In this document: piece by piece, positions 11,827 to 24,147 of the stretch
Numbering within the stretch: the stretch's first letter is position 1
How the letters are laid out: every line of letters begins with the position of its first letter
Source of the DNA: Phoronis australis
Lineage: Eukaryota; Animalia; Phoronida
NCBI GenBank assembly: GCA_002633005.1
Contig: NMRA01000008.1
Span: 812,985-876,984, forward strand
DNA length: 64,000 nucleotides
Direction: 5' to 3'
Notes under the pieces: model-generated
What the model was told of the DNA's origin: nothing
Database searches by the model: none
The model's input: only the letters and a program-made list of their open reading frames with translations
Made by a program: the position numbers and the translations under genes

Positions 11827-13279
11827 AGGTTTTGAGTGATAACTTGTGACCTGTTGACCTCAAACTAAATAGCGTTATTCTCAGTTCAGGATCAATCCTC
11901 CTAGCAAGTTAGAGGTCATTCTTGATGAAATGACCACGTTTTGCCAACCAAAGATGATAACAGGCGGCAACACCAGCACGTGTCTGACTTCCTTAGAGTG
12001 AGGTGAGTTTTCAGGGTTGTTTCTGTGTTTAAAACACTTTTGAGTGGTTTGAGTTTACAACTCGATCAGTAGTTCTACTACTTGGTTTTGAAGCATTCAG
12101 ATTGCAGCTATCTCTGTCTTCCAAGAAAGTGAAAAAGATACTCAGTGTACGGAAAGCTTACTGTCTGTTTTACTACTGTGTGGAAATTTTCAAAGATGAT
12201 GCAACAAAACCACAGTAAGTGATAATGATTCTCAAGTCTATAGATGTTTCCTCCGTTTCCAAAAAATGTATGATATCAAGCTGTCAATATTTAATTAGCA
12301 GGACATTGTATTTTCCTGCATTTTGCACTTGTGCAATTGAGTAGTTACAAAATCATCGGGAGTACCATGTATTTAGTCACTGTAAGCTTGATTGATTTCC
12401 TTCATGTCTCTTTTATTGCGTGATCACCTAGTAATGGATTGCCCCTGCTTAGGTATCGAGGACCAAGTACTGGACATTTTATTGATGCTATTTGACTTAA
12501 CTATGGCGTCACTATTATTGACTTTTTTAATTTTCCTTACTACAAAGAGCTTGGAACAATTGTTGTACAGACACCTGAAGCTAGATGTAACTGCCACCTA
12601 ATAGAGAGACTGTCCATTAAGGCTGTCAGGTGCAAATGGCACACGGTATTTGACAAAACATGTCTTAGGGAAATCTTTCTGCCGAATTACTCTGATCTCA
12701 AGTGGCATGGAGACTATTATACAGTATCATAACCATCATTAGGTCTCCTATATATGATTAAAGTATCGAGATTATTACTCCTTACCTATGATTTAATTAT
12801 TATTTGGCTTGAACATGACACCAGTATTATTGACATCGTTCATTTCCCTTAACTACTATGAGCTTGGGACAATTGTTGTACTGCCTGATACTAGATGGTG
12901 CCAAAGGGGATTTTCAGGAAGCAATGGGTGCTGATCAGGTGGGACAAGTTACTCATATCACCACCAAGGTGTATCAGGAGTCACTTAGCAGTCGCAGCAG
13001 ATGGCATAGGGGTAAAGTTTAATTATGTGGAAAAGACCCATTAACAATGTAATATGTGATTACACGCGATGCATTTTAAACAAAAGTATTAGAAGTGCCT
13101 TCTCATCATCTAGAGGCCACTTGTATCTTGTCTCTTGTGATCAGTTACCACGTTCCCATTTGATGTCTCCCATTACAGCCACTGTCCATTAAGGCTGTTA
13201 AGATAACTTAGTTACAGATATTCTGATATCACCTACTTTGCCAATGCAAAAGTCTACAGTTCACATTAACTTGTTTTAC

Positions 13280-13464
13280 CTTTCATCTGGGTCCTCACAC
13301 TCTAAGTCACAACCAGGGACTGTCGCCAGTAGCTTGAGTATGTTGCCGTGTCCAGCGGCAGCAGCGAAATGGACTGCACTCTTGCCCGAGTGGTCAACCC
13401 TGTTGACCAATTTAGCACCATCTGGGTTGGTCAGTAACACTTGACAACACTTGAGACTCCCATT
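13280..13464 (-). CDS. ANKRD55: ANKRD55-like ankyrin exon
   Basis: tttcag|AAT GGG AGT CTC...GAT GAA AG|gtaaaa; NGSLKCCQVLLTNPDGAKLVNRVDHSGKSAVHFAAAAGHGNILKLLATVPGCDLECEDPDE; 185 nt, phase 0 to 2. Confidence 0.93.
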
Positions 13465-13517
13465 CTGAAATGCCATAACCTCGCCACGTTGTTAAAGCAC
13501 ACAGGGATTTTGAACTA

Positions 13518-14003
<486 letters not shown>

Positions 14004-14658
14004 CTAAAGCACATTACAAATCAATGAGACCAGTGTGTTGTCAATATCTACTACTGAAAGCACTGTTGGCATACCGAAGTATTAAACTGCCCACGGTTTA
14101 TGGACAAACAACGTTATGGGTTTATTCTAATGTACCCTGCATAATTATCTTTGATGAAAGCCAATTCCTCATAAATTTACAGCTAAAATTTCATATACTA
14201 AGAACGGTCAAGTTAAATTGATGAAAGACACCAACTGACATAAGTACAAAATTTTGAGATTTTTTTCTAAAGTATTACATTAAATTGATTCCTACTTATG
14301 AATGCCTAAAGGTAACTGCTAGGAGTAAATGCTCTTCAATTTAGCAGACACATGTTTAGGCATGAGGAATTTTATTTTGGCAAATTCTGCACAAAAATGT
14401 TCATTTCATTTATAGCACTGGATGGACTGAACAATTTTCCAATAAAGTGAAATTCAGGCAGTTGTGAAGATTTTAAGAATTTACATTTAATCCACTTTTA
14501 AAATTTGGAAAATTTCAGTTGCGTTAAATATTTTTAGATGTGACTATCATCGCACCATCGTACTCAAGGTTTCCTTTCATGGATTATCTCCTTGAATACT
14601 GCTACGCTGTTGATATTTGCAATGGGAGCATGTTGATATTATGAGTACTACTACTAAC

Positions 14659-14719
14659 CTCATAATCACCAATGTTCACTTCATTCTTTGTTATATTCTG
14701 AAGAAGGACATTTAAGGTT
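14659..14719 (-). CDS. ANKRD55: ANKRD55-like short exon
   Basis: tttcag|A ACC TTA AAT GTC...TAT GAG|gttagt; TLNVLLQNITKNEVNIGDYE; 61 nt, phase 2 to 0. Confidence 0.9.
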
Positions 14720-15714
14720 CTGAAACAAGAAGACACATGTTCAGTGAGGTCCTCGTGCACTAGCAATTTCTATTGAATGATTCAGCTGACTGTCAAAAAG
14801 CAAGGAGTAGTACATATTACGCGTTCCATTCTCGGCATGAATTTTTATTCAAAACTTAGTTTTAAATGTAAGCACATTAATTGTGCAATTTTTCTTAAAT
14901 CAGGAGCCATGTGTGTGACTTGGAATTAAATGAAAACACTTAGTCATAAAAAACTATTATCGTGTCTAAAACCGTGGAAACACATTAATATAAGGACAAA
15001 TGACCTTCTTCTGAAGCTGCATTTTGCCATAATGCTGACAAAAACGAAAATGGAATTCTGCTTTTTATTCTAATAAAATTAGTTTCATAATATCCTTTAC
15101 TGTAACATGATCCTATTTCAATTACCAACAAAAACATCAAAACCATCAGCGAGTCAAGAAAAGGTTTCAATTTTATTGGGATTGTCCAACTATGAAATTA
15201 TGCATTGGTTATTATTTGAGTAGCCAGCTCACTTGGCAACAATTTGAGATCGCATGAGCGAGGTAATATTGTTCAACTCTCTCTGTGTTAACAATTCAAT
15301 GTTAGGTTAGTGCCATTCACACACAGACTAAGTTACTCCTGGAACGAGTTGTCGCTAGGTTTGAGTGTTGTCTGGAAGCTATTTAAACAAGCACAACTTA
15401 TCCCACTTAGTATGACAACTTACTCCACATTAGCACAACTCGTCTCAATTCTGGCTGAGTCTCAACAAGTGTCAATTCACATCCTTCATCAAAATCCCTA
15501 CAACCAGCCTTGCAAAGCCATTCACAATTCAAAAGTTAGCGGAATAGTTCAATAACGTCTTATTAAACTCATGCTAATGTTTGACGAAAATGGTATTCTG
15601 TTGCGACAAAAGTTCGACTAAACCGCCAAAAAATTCTGGCCAGAAGTTCATCCAGGTTTGACAGCGTTCGGTTGAATGAGCAGTTGGTTTTGAAAACTGC
15701 TGTATGTGATATTA

Positions 15715-15861
<147 letters not shown>

Positions 15862-16254
15862 TCAGCTTGTATGAGATTTTATTAACTATCAGACTAAGTC
15901 AGGGACCTTGATCCCTCAATATTGTGACCGAACATCAGCATCAATACCACCAGAAAAACATTTTAAAATTACATGCAATTTCCAACCGAAGAAAAGTCGA
16001 CATTTCACCCCAGACTTCACCATACTTTGTAGCGGAGAACATGACCTGGTTCAGTTTGTTGCAAGTGTAAGAGTGATTACGTAGATTTCAGGTAAGAAAA
16101 TCTTTCAAGGGATGTCAAGTTTCACTGCTAGACACCTTTACTACTGAGGAGAAGATCACTTTTGACAACAAACATAAGAACTGTGATCTTCTCTTAGCAG
16201 TGCAAGGAAACACTAATGACATCCGCACAAAGAAATTAGGTCTGGCTACTTTAG

Positions 16255-16410
16255 AGGGACGAGGGGGTGGCGACGTGGGGGGGTGCCTTCATGCAGCATA
16301 TGTCCGGGGAGGAGAGTGGTGGTGGTGAGGGGAAGTAGTGGTGAGGAAGGGGGGAGAGTGGTGGTGGGATTGGGGGAGTGGTGGTGGGGGGAGAGAGGTG
16401 GTGGAGGGGT
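16255..16410 (+). repeat. G-rich low-complexity tract (GGT/GGA runs)
   Basis: ggggaggagagtggtggtggtgaggggaagtagtggtgaggaagggggg... Confidence 0.8.
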
Positions 16411-17387
16411 GAAACCAGGCCTTCATGTACCGTACGTCCTGGGCATCCGCATGGATGCCCCAGCACTAATTTGGACGCCCTGGCATTAGGACGCCCAATG
16501 TATCATATGGACACCCACTGTCAATCGGAAGTTCTCCAGTTTGGACACCCACATTGCAAGATTACTAGGACTCCCAGTTTAGTAAAGATGGCCCATGGTT
16601 AAACAGAGAAGTTGTCCCTTTCAACTCAGAAAGAAATATACAATGTATATAACATGTTGCTATGATGTTCAAGCCATATTCAAAGTATTTACAAGACCTG
16701 TCAATCATTAGCAGTGTTCTGGTTGCCAGAATGTATACCAGTGCAGTCTCTGCTTTCAGTGGTCTTGTTTCTAACTGCAATTCAGTACCTTATATAGGGA
16801 CACAGGCTTTGGTTAACTCCAAACTGGTGTTTCAGAGCTGTAGTTTCATGTTTTTCATCTTTTTTAAAACATCAAAAGCAAAATAAATGTCATTATTTTA
16901 ATAATATATTGTGCCACAAGAATATCCCCATTTGAAATATTTGAGTTTACGCCCGTTTCATGTGCGTCTTAATATGGAGCAGCAGTGATGCCTGTTGTCA
17001 AAATATAAATCACACATCATCTATGCATTTTTCTTGTGTTTTTAACTGCAGATCTGAGGACACATTGTACAGAATTTAGAGCTAGTTAAGATGATATGAT
17101 AAGCTTTATAACAGCAATTTGACTTGAGATCACCAAAAACAGTGCACTATCATTCAACCAATATCTGTAATATCTGTAACATCTGTAATGCCTGTTGGTA
17201 AGCTATTTGGCTGTTTTCATAAATTTAGACATAAAAGTCTTGATCCACACATGTTTTTTAGTAAAACGCTCACTACTGTTTTAGTAAACTTAGAAGTAAA
17301 AAGCCTTGTTCAATGCATTTTTTATAAAAAAAACACTGTGCGTGTGTGGGGGGTAACTGGTGAATGGTGATGGGGGGTGGGGGTAAC

Positions 17388-17470
17388 ACGTCGTTGGATT
17401 CATGGACGCCCTGGAATATTGGGAACCCCATTTTGGATGCCCCATTTTTGAAATCCTGGATAAAGACCTG
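17388..17470 (-). repeat. Interspersed repeat end, related to 33123-33201 in opposite orientation
   Basis: The reverse complement caggtctttatccaggatttcaaaaatggggcatccaaaatggggttccca matches caggggttcatccaggatttcgaaaataggggatccaaaacgggtttccca at 33123. Confidence 0.7.
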
Positions 17471-18368
17471 GGTGAAATTGGTGGTAACCGTAGGGATCAG
17501 AAGGCACAAGCACCTTTCCCCTCAGCTGAGCGAGGGCGCTGTCAGGCGATAGGTGCTCTTGTGTTCCAGAGGTATAGATGAGGTGTTCATATGATTTACA
17601 AGAAATACGATAAAACCACACCAATCTTGTACAAAGTTAAAATTGCTCTTTTCATTTTCAAAGGCTTCCATGCAACACCACAGTTGTGAGTGCCTATATT
17701 TTTTCAAAATACTCCCTCCCCAACCGACACTCATTCCAACCCAACAACAATTTCACGTTTGGCTCCCTATTCATTACTTCTGGATGAATGTCTTCAAGGA
17801 CACTTACGTACTACTGAGTTCATTATATCAAGCACTTATGGTCTTGTGTAAAGGTGGGCGATTAATTGCCATCCATGGGTATTTGGTGGAAAGAATACCT
17901 TGTTCTAACCAAAAGTTTACAAATAGTGTTGACTAAATCATTAGTGTCTACACATCTCTTCATTAACACGCACTTTCAAAGAGAGGCTGACGCAACAGAT
18001 AATCTCTAATCAATAACGCTCCTATCAAGATGCACAACAATGGATTGGGTACGTAGGTAGATACGAAAGTACCTCTGGTTCAGTTTTCACTAACTGTTAA
18101 CCCATGTCCACCATACTGAATTACGGCTTTACAACAGAAACTAGCCAGTTGGCTACGTAACGAAGTTCCATCACTGCGCTGTCTACTAACACTCTAAAAT
18201 CATTCAGAAGTCGAAATGTGGTAAGCTGAATCCACAGAAAATTACACTCGAGTGCGCTGGAAATATTTGCTGTCACAAGCTGCCATCTGCTTTGAGCAAA
18301 ACTTCAATAGAGGATCTAGTCACATCATGCAGCTTGGCCACAGCGCCTCTCGTGGCAATTTTAGGAGC

Positions 18369-18540
18369 TAAGACCAATTTTGAGCCTCAAACCAAAACAT
18401 TATGAAGTTTGAATTTGGAACAAATGGCAAGTCATTCAGCTTGGTCACAGAACCTCTGGTGGGAATTTCAGGACCTAAGACCAATTCGGAACCTCAAACC
18501 AAAGCATTACAAGTTTGAATTTGGAATAAACGGCAAGTCA
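18369..18540. repeat. Local direct duplication (about 65 bp core, about 107 bp period)
   Basis: taagaccaatt...cctcaaaccaaa(a/g)catta...aagtttgaatttggaa...ggcaagtca occurs twice. Confidence 0.85.
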
Positions 18541-18577
18541 AAAATGTCCACCTGGATTTTTTCCTTGTGTTTTTTAC

Positions 18578-18708
18578 CTGATAAGCGGCCATAGCCAAAA
18601 CCGTTCTTCCCAACTCATCCTGGGCGTGCAGTGAGGCGCCAATCTTGACTAGACGTTTAACAACTTCAAGTTGTCCTGCCATGACTGCTCGAGCCAGAGG
18701 TGTCAAGC
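18578..18708 (-). CDS. ANKRD55: ANKRD55-like ankyrin exon
   Basis: cttcag|GC TTG ACA CCT...TAT CAG|gtaaaa; LTPLARAVMAGQLEVVKRLVKIGASLHAQDELGRTVLAMAAYQ; 131 nt, phase 1 to 0. Confidence 0.93.
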
Positions 18709-19344
18709 CTGAAGATAGATACAGTGATACAGCTTACAGCAAGAAATTCATTCACAGTTCAATATTACATCCGAATGAAACCATTTTGGATAACTAGTTT
18801 TGGTGTGTATAAACAATCTTGTGAAGGGAGAGAACACTTTCTGAAGAATTAGCAGAAAAAATAGCAAAATGCTTCCATTTAATGGCTGCCTTAAAACTGA
18901 GGTGTATGATCACAAATTTAGCTGCAGAATGACGGACGAACAGCATCGTTTTCGCACTAGAAACATTTTTTTTCTAATTAGTCAGTCATTGCTGTTTATA
19001 TATTGCTATAGTCAATGTAAAGACTTTTGTATTTCTGCAGTAATCCCTGAAAGCGACTTCCTGTTCTATCACACTACTGATTTTGTGAACTCCACCAGTT
19101 CAAATAGATGACTGCAGCTAAAATTGATTACAGATTACATTACATATATCTAACAGAGAAGGGCAAACATCGGGGTGAAGAAAGAACCCAACAGCCGAAC
19201 TCAGAAATACTCTGGAGGATCAGGACGAAGCATGTTTACTGAATACAGCCATTACCTGACTTTGTGCATTCGATCCAACATGATTTCTCTAGCCATTCAC
19301 AAGTGAGCTATGAGTGCTGTTGAGCATACTATAATTTTTTCTTA

Positions 19345-21072
19345 CCGTAATCGTTCGGGTTAACGCCCTGGGCGGTTAAATTGGCGAACCCAAAAAATCG
19401 GGGGTGGGCGGTTAACCAGACATGGGCGCTTAAACGTGAAATTTCAAGAAATCGGGGGGGGGGCGGTTAACTGAACATGGGCGCTTATTACGACCGGCAA
19501 CCGCCCTGGGCGGTTAATCTTACCTTATGATCTGAGTCACCACACGTACTAAGCCACATACTGGGATCGCCTAACACTTTGAAAAGAACTTTATCGCCAC
19601 CAAGTGCGTACTCTGCGCACTCTAATTAACAAATAGTTTCGAAAATGTAGAGTGTGGTCAAACTCCGAACGCTTGCATAGAAAGTTTGCTACATAATATG
19701 GCGCCTCAGGTGAGACCGATTATTGCGAATTATGCTCATTATTTCACTATACTTCGCAGACGTTGAACATGTTCACCTGCGTAGCAGACGGTAGCTGTGC
19801 TGTCGTTTTAACCCAGTTGTGGTCACGTGCTGACCCATTTTTCCTGTGATCAGTGCACTCCCATAATAAACAACTTAACTGACGGTCACGTAGACAAGGA
19901 CTACCAGCAGTTCCGAATTTCAGTTCAAAATCATTTCGAGATAACAGAATGTACTCCTGGTCTGAATGGTCAAAAAGCATAAAAATGTATAATCAATCAC
20001 GAAATCGGGTTCAACTATTCAGCTGCCATGCACTGTCGATTCGCCTGTTTATGTTGCCGGTATGTGGAGTTGACATGTACGGTACTCTGGCCTTTCAATG
20101 GCTAAATACAATAACAAACTTTTTGTTAACAAACTCTACATTCAAAAAATTGCCACCAAGTTACATTGCAAAACACAAACACGAGTTTCTGTCTACACTC
20201 GCGTTTTTACTGGTCGACTTAGCAAACAAGAAGTCGGCCGATTCCAGTGTCGACCTTGAACAACCGTCGTTGCGGTTTTCGTTTCGACTGCGAGACGCAG
20301 CTTTTGTTAGCAAATGAAACCATCTATTCTCGGTAAAAATAATTCTTAGACGAAGCCTTAATTGTTCGGGTAAGTAACCCCGGTTTACTATATGCGACGA
20401 AATTACCGTGACGAGAGTACTCGAAAGACGGGGATCTCGATAACCCGGCAATTACACTCACCAAAATATAAAGAATTTATCAACTTTTCGCGGTTTATGG
20501 GAATTCTTCAAAATCCCGAGAGCTTACAACCTAAAGCGCATTGAGAGGGTTGGCAAAAGCAATGTCACATTTCTCTGACCTGGTTATTTCGAATGCATCT
20601 TTTATATAGTGCACTGTAGTCGATAACTCAGTGCGGCAGAGATTGTGGCTGAAAGTGGAGGTGTAGACGCCAGCGCGGTTCCTAAAGTTTGCGAACATGA
20701 GAAGAAAAGAAAGTGACAAAGTGTTCAAGTATTACATTTTGAAGTTAATCGATGACCCGTTACAATAATTTGTTACTGGTATCATAATTCACATTGCTAA
20801 ACCGCGGTCTCTGAGGCCGTCGTTGCACTCAATGTTATCATCGATCTTAATCTAAAAGGTCGGGGATTCGCGTTTCCTATTAGCACAGGGCGGTAATCAC
20901 CAATCGGCAAAAGTAGGGGATGGGCGGTTAACCGAGCAGTGGGCGGTTAATTGGAAATCTTCAAAAATAGCAGGGGGGCGGTTAACCGAGCAGTGGGCGG
21001 TTAAATCGAAATTCACCTAAAGTAGGGGGCGGGCGGTTAACTGAGCATGGGCGTTAACCCGAACGATTACGG
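19345..21072. mobile_element. Non-autonomous DNA transposon with TIRs and TA target duplication (Tc1/mariner/pogo-like), copy 1
   Basis: TA|ccgtaatcgttcgggttaacgccc ... gggcgttaacccgaacgattacgg|TA; multiple subterminal gggcggttaa motifs; near-identical second copy at 30820-32177; no recognisable transposase ORF. Confidence 0.92.
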
Positions 21073-21638
21073 TAATTGATTGTAACGATTCCAACACAAT
21101 CTTTTTGAAATTATTATTAATTTCCTCCCAGAGGACAGCACAAAAGCTAAACTGACAAGTGAAAGAGATCAACTATACAAGCTGTGAATTCAGATTTAGT
21201 CAATGACAATTGATTGCCATAAAATAATAAACAATTGTCAACTACTACGAGTGTATCACTGAACAGCATTTATCGCTCGCCTGATGATTGTCGCATAAAT
21301 CGCTGAAATGTCGTGCAGTAGAGCAAACAATGACATACATTAATTTCACTCAATTCTGTTTATCTATTCTACAACCTACACAAGCGCGTTTAAGACTTTC
21401 TTCAAGGCCTTTCAGCCCAAAAACTCAACCATAGTGTCGAAAAAAGAGAACTTCGTCTACATTCAGGGAAGAGTTTAGATGCAAAGCATTAAGGTGTACG
21501 GGGAGAGGAGGAGCAACAATCCGTCAAAGATAACAGTCAGTAAAAATACGATTAAAGTACCACGTTGAACGGTTGAAGACTGGGCCCGCAACTCCCCTTC
21601 GGCTGACCATTTGGAGAGCTCTTCAACTGGCTGCTTAC

Positions 21639-21755
21639 CTTCAGCATCCACTTGCTCTAGTGCCGAGGGGTCATTCTTAATGGCCTGTAGAAGCTGACCG
21701 ATGTCACCAGTGACGGCAGCCTGGTGAGCCATGGTCAACTCTTCATCAGAACCAT
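21639..21755 (-). CDS. ANKRD55: ANKRD55-like most upstream identified coding exon (first ankyrin repeat)
   Basis: ttgcag|AT GGT TCT GAT GAA GAG TTG ACC ATG...GCT GAA G|gtaagc; GSDEELTMAHQAAVTGDIGQLLQAIKNDPSALEQVDAE; 117 nt, phase 1 to 1. Confidence 0.92.
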
Positions 21756-21809
21756 CTGCAACAATATGGACAAAGCACGTTAGGACCTCTTGGCTGAACA
21801 AGGTAACTA

Positions 21810-24147
21810 CGGTAAAAATTCTCCAGTTTGGGACAATTCCAATACATATAGCCCTTTGTTCATTTTTCAAGGTATATTTTAACATTGTTGGAAATTTTTC
21901 AAAACATTCTCTGGTCAGCGGTACAGACCATGAACGTGGAAAAGCCTGGTAAAAATGTCTGCCAGATATTAGGTGAAATCAAGGCTGAGTGTCTTCACTA
22001 CTTAAATACACCTAATGTATTCCTACATGAAGCTACGGAGGACCTGAGAAAAATGTTAAAATTTGGCTAACTTCGGAACATCACATCTCAGAAATGGACG
22101 ACCAAATTCCTATGAAACTTTCCGATACCATGCACTGTTCTCCAAAACGCTGTTAGGATTCTTTCCCAACTTGTCCACTTGTGCATTAGGTGCTCTCAAA
22201 AATTACCCTTTTTCAAGGTCAATTCTTATTGTTGCGAATGCCCACTATTTCCCATTATCTGATGATAGCTGTCGCCTGACGCACAGAGCTTGAACGGGGA
22301 AAACCAAAAGTTTGGTGCTGTATATCATCCATGGAAAAATGAGAAAATAAAATTTCACTTGACGGCCATATTGTGTCCTGAACTGGTGAGACTTTACAGA
22401 CCAGTGAATTAAATATAACTTGCAACACATGTGGATATGTTCAAAGCATTGTGTTCCAATTGATATCTGAGGAAATTATTCCTTAACATTTGCATCCTCA
22501 AATCAATGCTTGGATTACACACTATGGCTGTGTCAATAACCTGGAGTGATGTTCACAAGTGGTTCTAACAATAATCAGCAGCGTTGCCATGGCTACTTAA
22601 GCGCCAACTTGATATAATATATCCAACAAAATTGCAGAGACCTCAGAACTGTAGTCAGATAAAATTCATAATGTTAGTATTTGGTGGCCACAAAAAAGAG
22701 ATGCTACAAATCTCTACTTTTAGAGTCAACTCCATGGTTTCCAAACTCAAATAACAGTCTAGTCCATTGTTAGGCCTTCAAGGCATTAAAAGATAGCAAA
22801 ACCACAAATATCTGACATTTACATGGGAGACTGTAATGGAGAAACTAAAAAGAAAAAGTTGACGAGTAGACGTGTGTGCGTATGTGTGTGTATGCATGCG
22901 TGTGCGTGCGTGTAAACACAACTGGCACATAGCAAGTTAACACCATAGCAGCCATTTTTGGACACGATCAGTCTGAGAGGAAGAGCAAGCTGTACCCGAT
23001 CAGTTGCTTCAGTTTCAACTATAGGTACAAGTCTAAACACCGACTGGGACAAGGCGAAAAATATATACATTAGATAATCTGTTACGCTTGTGTAACAGGG
23101 TATATTTAAGTGATTCGCTAGCAGAGTTGTGCAAATCTCCTGCAGTAATTGACTGGTTAACTCCAATCTCACAAGAGTAATCACTAGAGGTCGCTACATG
23201 CAACACACGTAATCCATTGATAGTGCCACTCAACTGTGTCATCTTGTGCTTAACCCTAGAACTTGGAAGTTTTAACTTTGATGATGCTACCCAAGAGGAA
23301 AGATAAGGGAGATGAGACCCAGTTACGATAGACAGGATTCAGTTTTCATTAGATCAGAGTTCAAGATATCCAGGGTTCTTGTAGAAACTCTAGGTCAAGT
23401 TTCTAAGGTGCTCTGTACATTTCTCAGTTTGCACGAATTAAACCTACCAACCACAACATCAGTAAATATTAAAAATTATAAATGCGCAGCAGTTAAGCAG
23501 GCATACAAACACTACAACACTACCATTCAGTACTCCACAGACCCAAACAATGATTTCATCAAAGTTGACTACACTCTGCAAAAGTCAGCCTGCTAAAAAT
23601 ATTGCACGATACAGAACTGTTATTGAAACCTATATTATGTCCAAATCGCACTGTCATGGTACTCACTGCAGGGTGAGCTGCAGCGGTGGATCCTGATTCA
23701 CCATGCTTCTAAAATCGCCTAATGTCCCAATCTTCAGAATCATTAGAAAATATGATTTCGGATTGAATTTCAGTGCCCTAAATACACTGTCCAGTTCCAA
23801 TTAAATAATTTGAGATTTTTTAGTACACACCACTCATTGATACATTATAACAAACGGGACTCTAAACAACCTTTGGTAAAACAGGTCAGAGGTTGTAACA
23901 TATTTCACAGATAGGAATTCACGATCAATTTCTCACATTGTTGCTACAAACTATGAAAATGTCGGCAGCCATTTTCAATGATTTTATAAACTGTCAAATC
24001 TAATTTTCAGACTCTGTTGATACAAAAACCATTGTCCGATATTGGATAATTTTAAAAATGATTAAGGCCAAACTCACCTATGTCTCAATTGTATTGAATT
24101 TCAATGTCGCAGGTTTTTGCGACTGTCCCGAACTGGAGAATTTTTAC
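21810..24147. mobile_element. Possible old TIR element (inverted termini); a third related end lies at 30237-30267
   Basis: ta-cggtaaaaattctccagtttgggaca (21810-21835) is the inverse of tgtcccgaactggagaatttttac (24124-24147); tacagtaaaaattctccaatttgagacagtc occurs at 30237. Whether the two ends belong to a single insertion is unproven. Confidence 0.45.
22583..22596. promoter_or_regulatory. RFX X-box-like motif GTTGCCATGGCTAC
   Basis: 13/14 match to the palindromic X-box GTTGCCATGGCAAC, about 830 bp upstream of the first identified ANKRD55 coding exon. Function untested. Confidence 0.4.

Noticed and set aside
16251-16489. Pro-rich / Gly-rich ORFs
   Set aside because: Products of a G-rich low-complexity intronic tract with no splice or homology support.
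19747-20728. ORFs inside the TA-flanked element as a transposase
   Set aside because: They are short, have no recognisable DDE or HTH motifs, and recur in copy 2 only because the DNA is duplicated.
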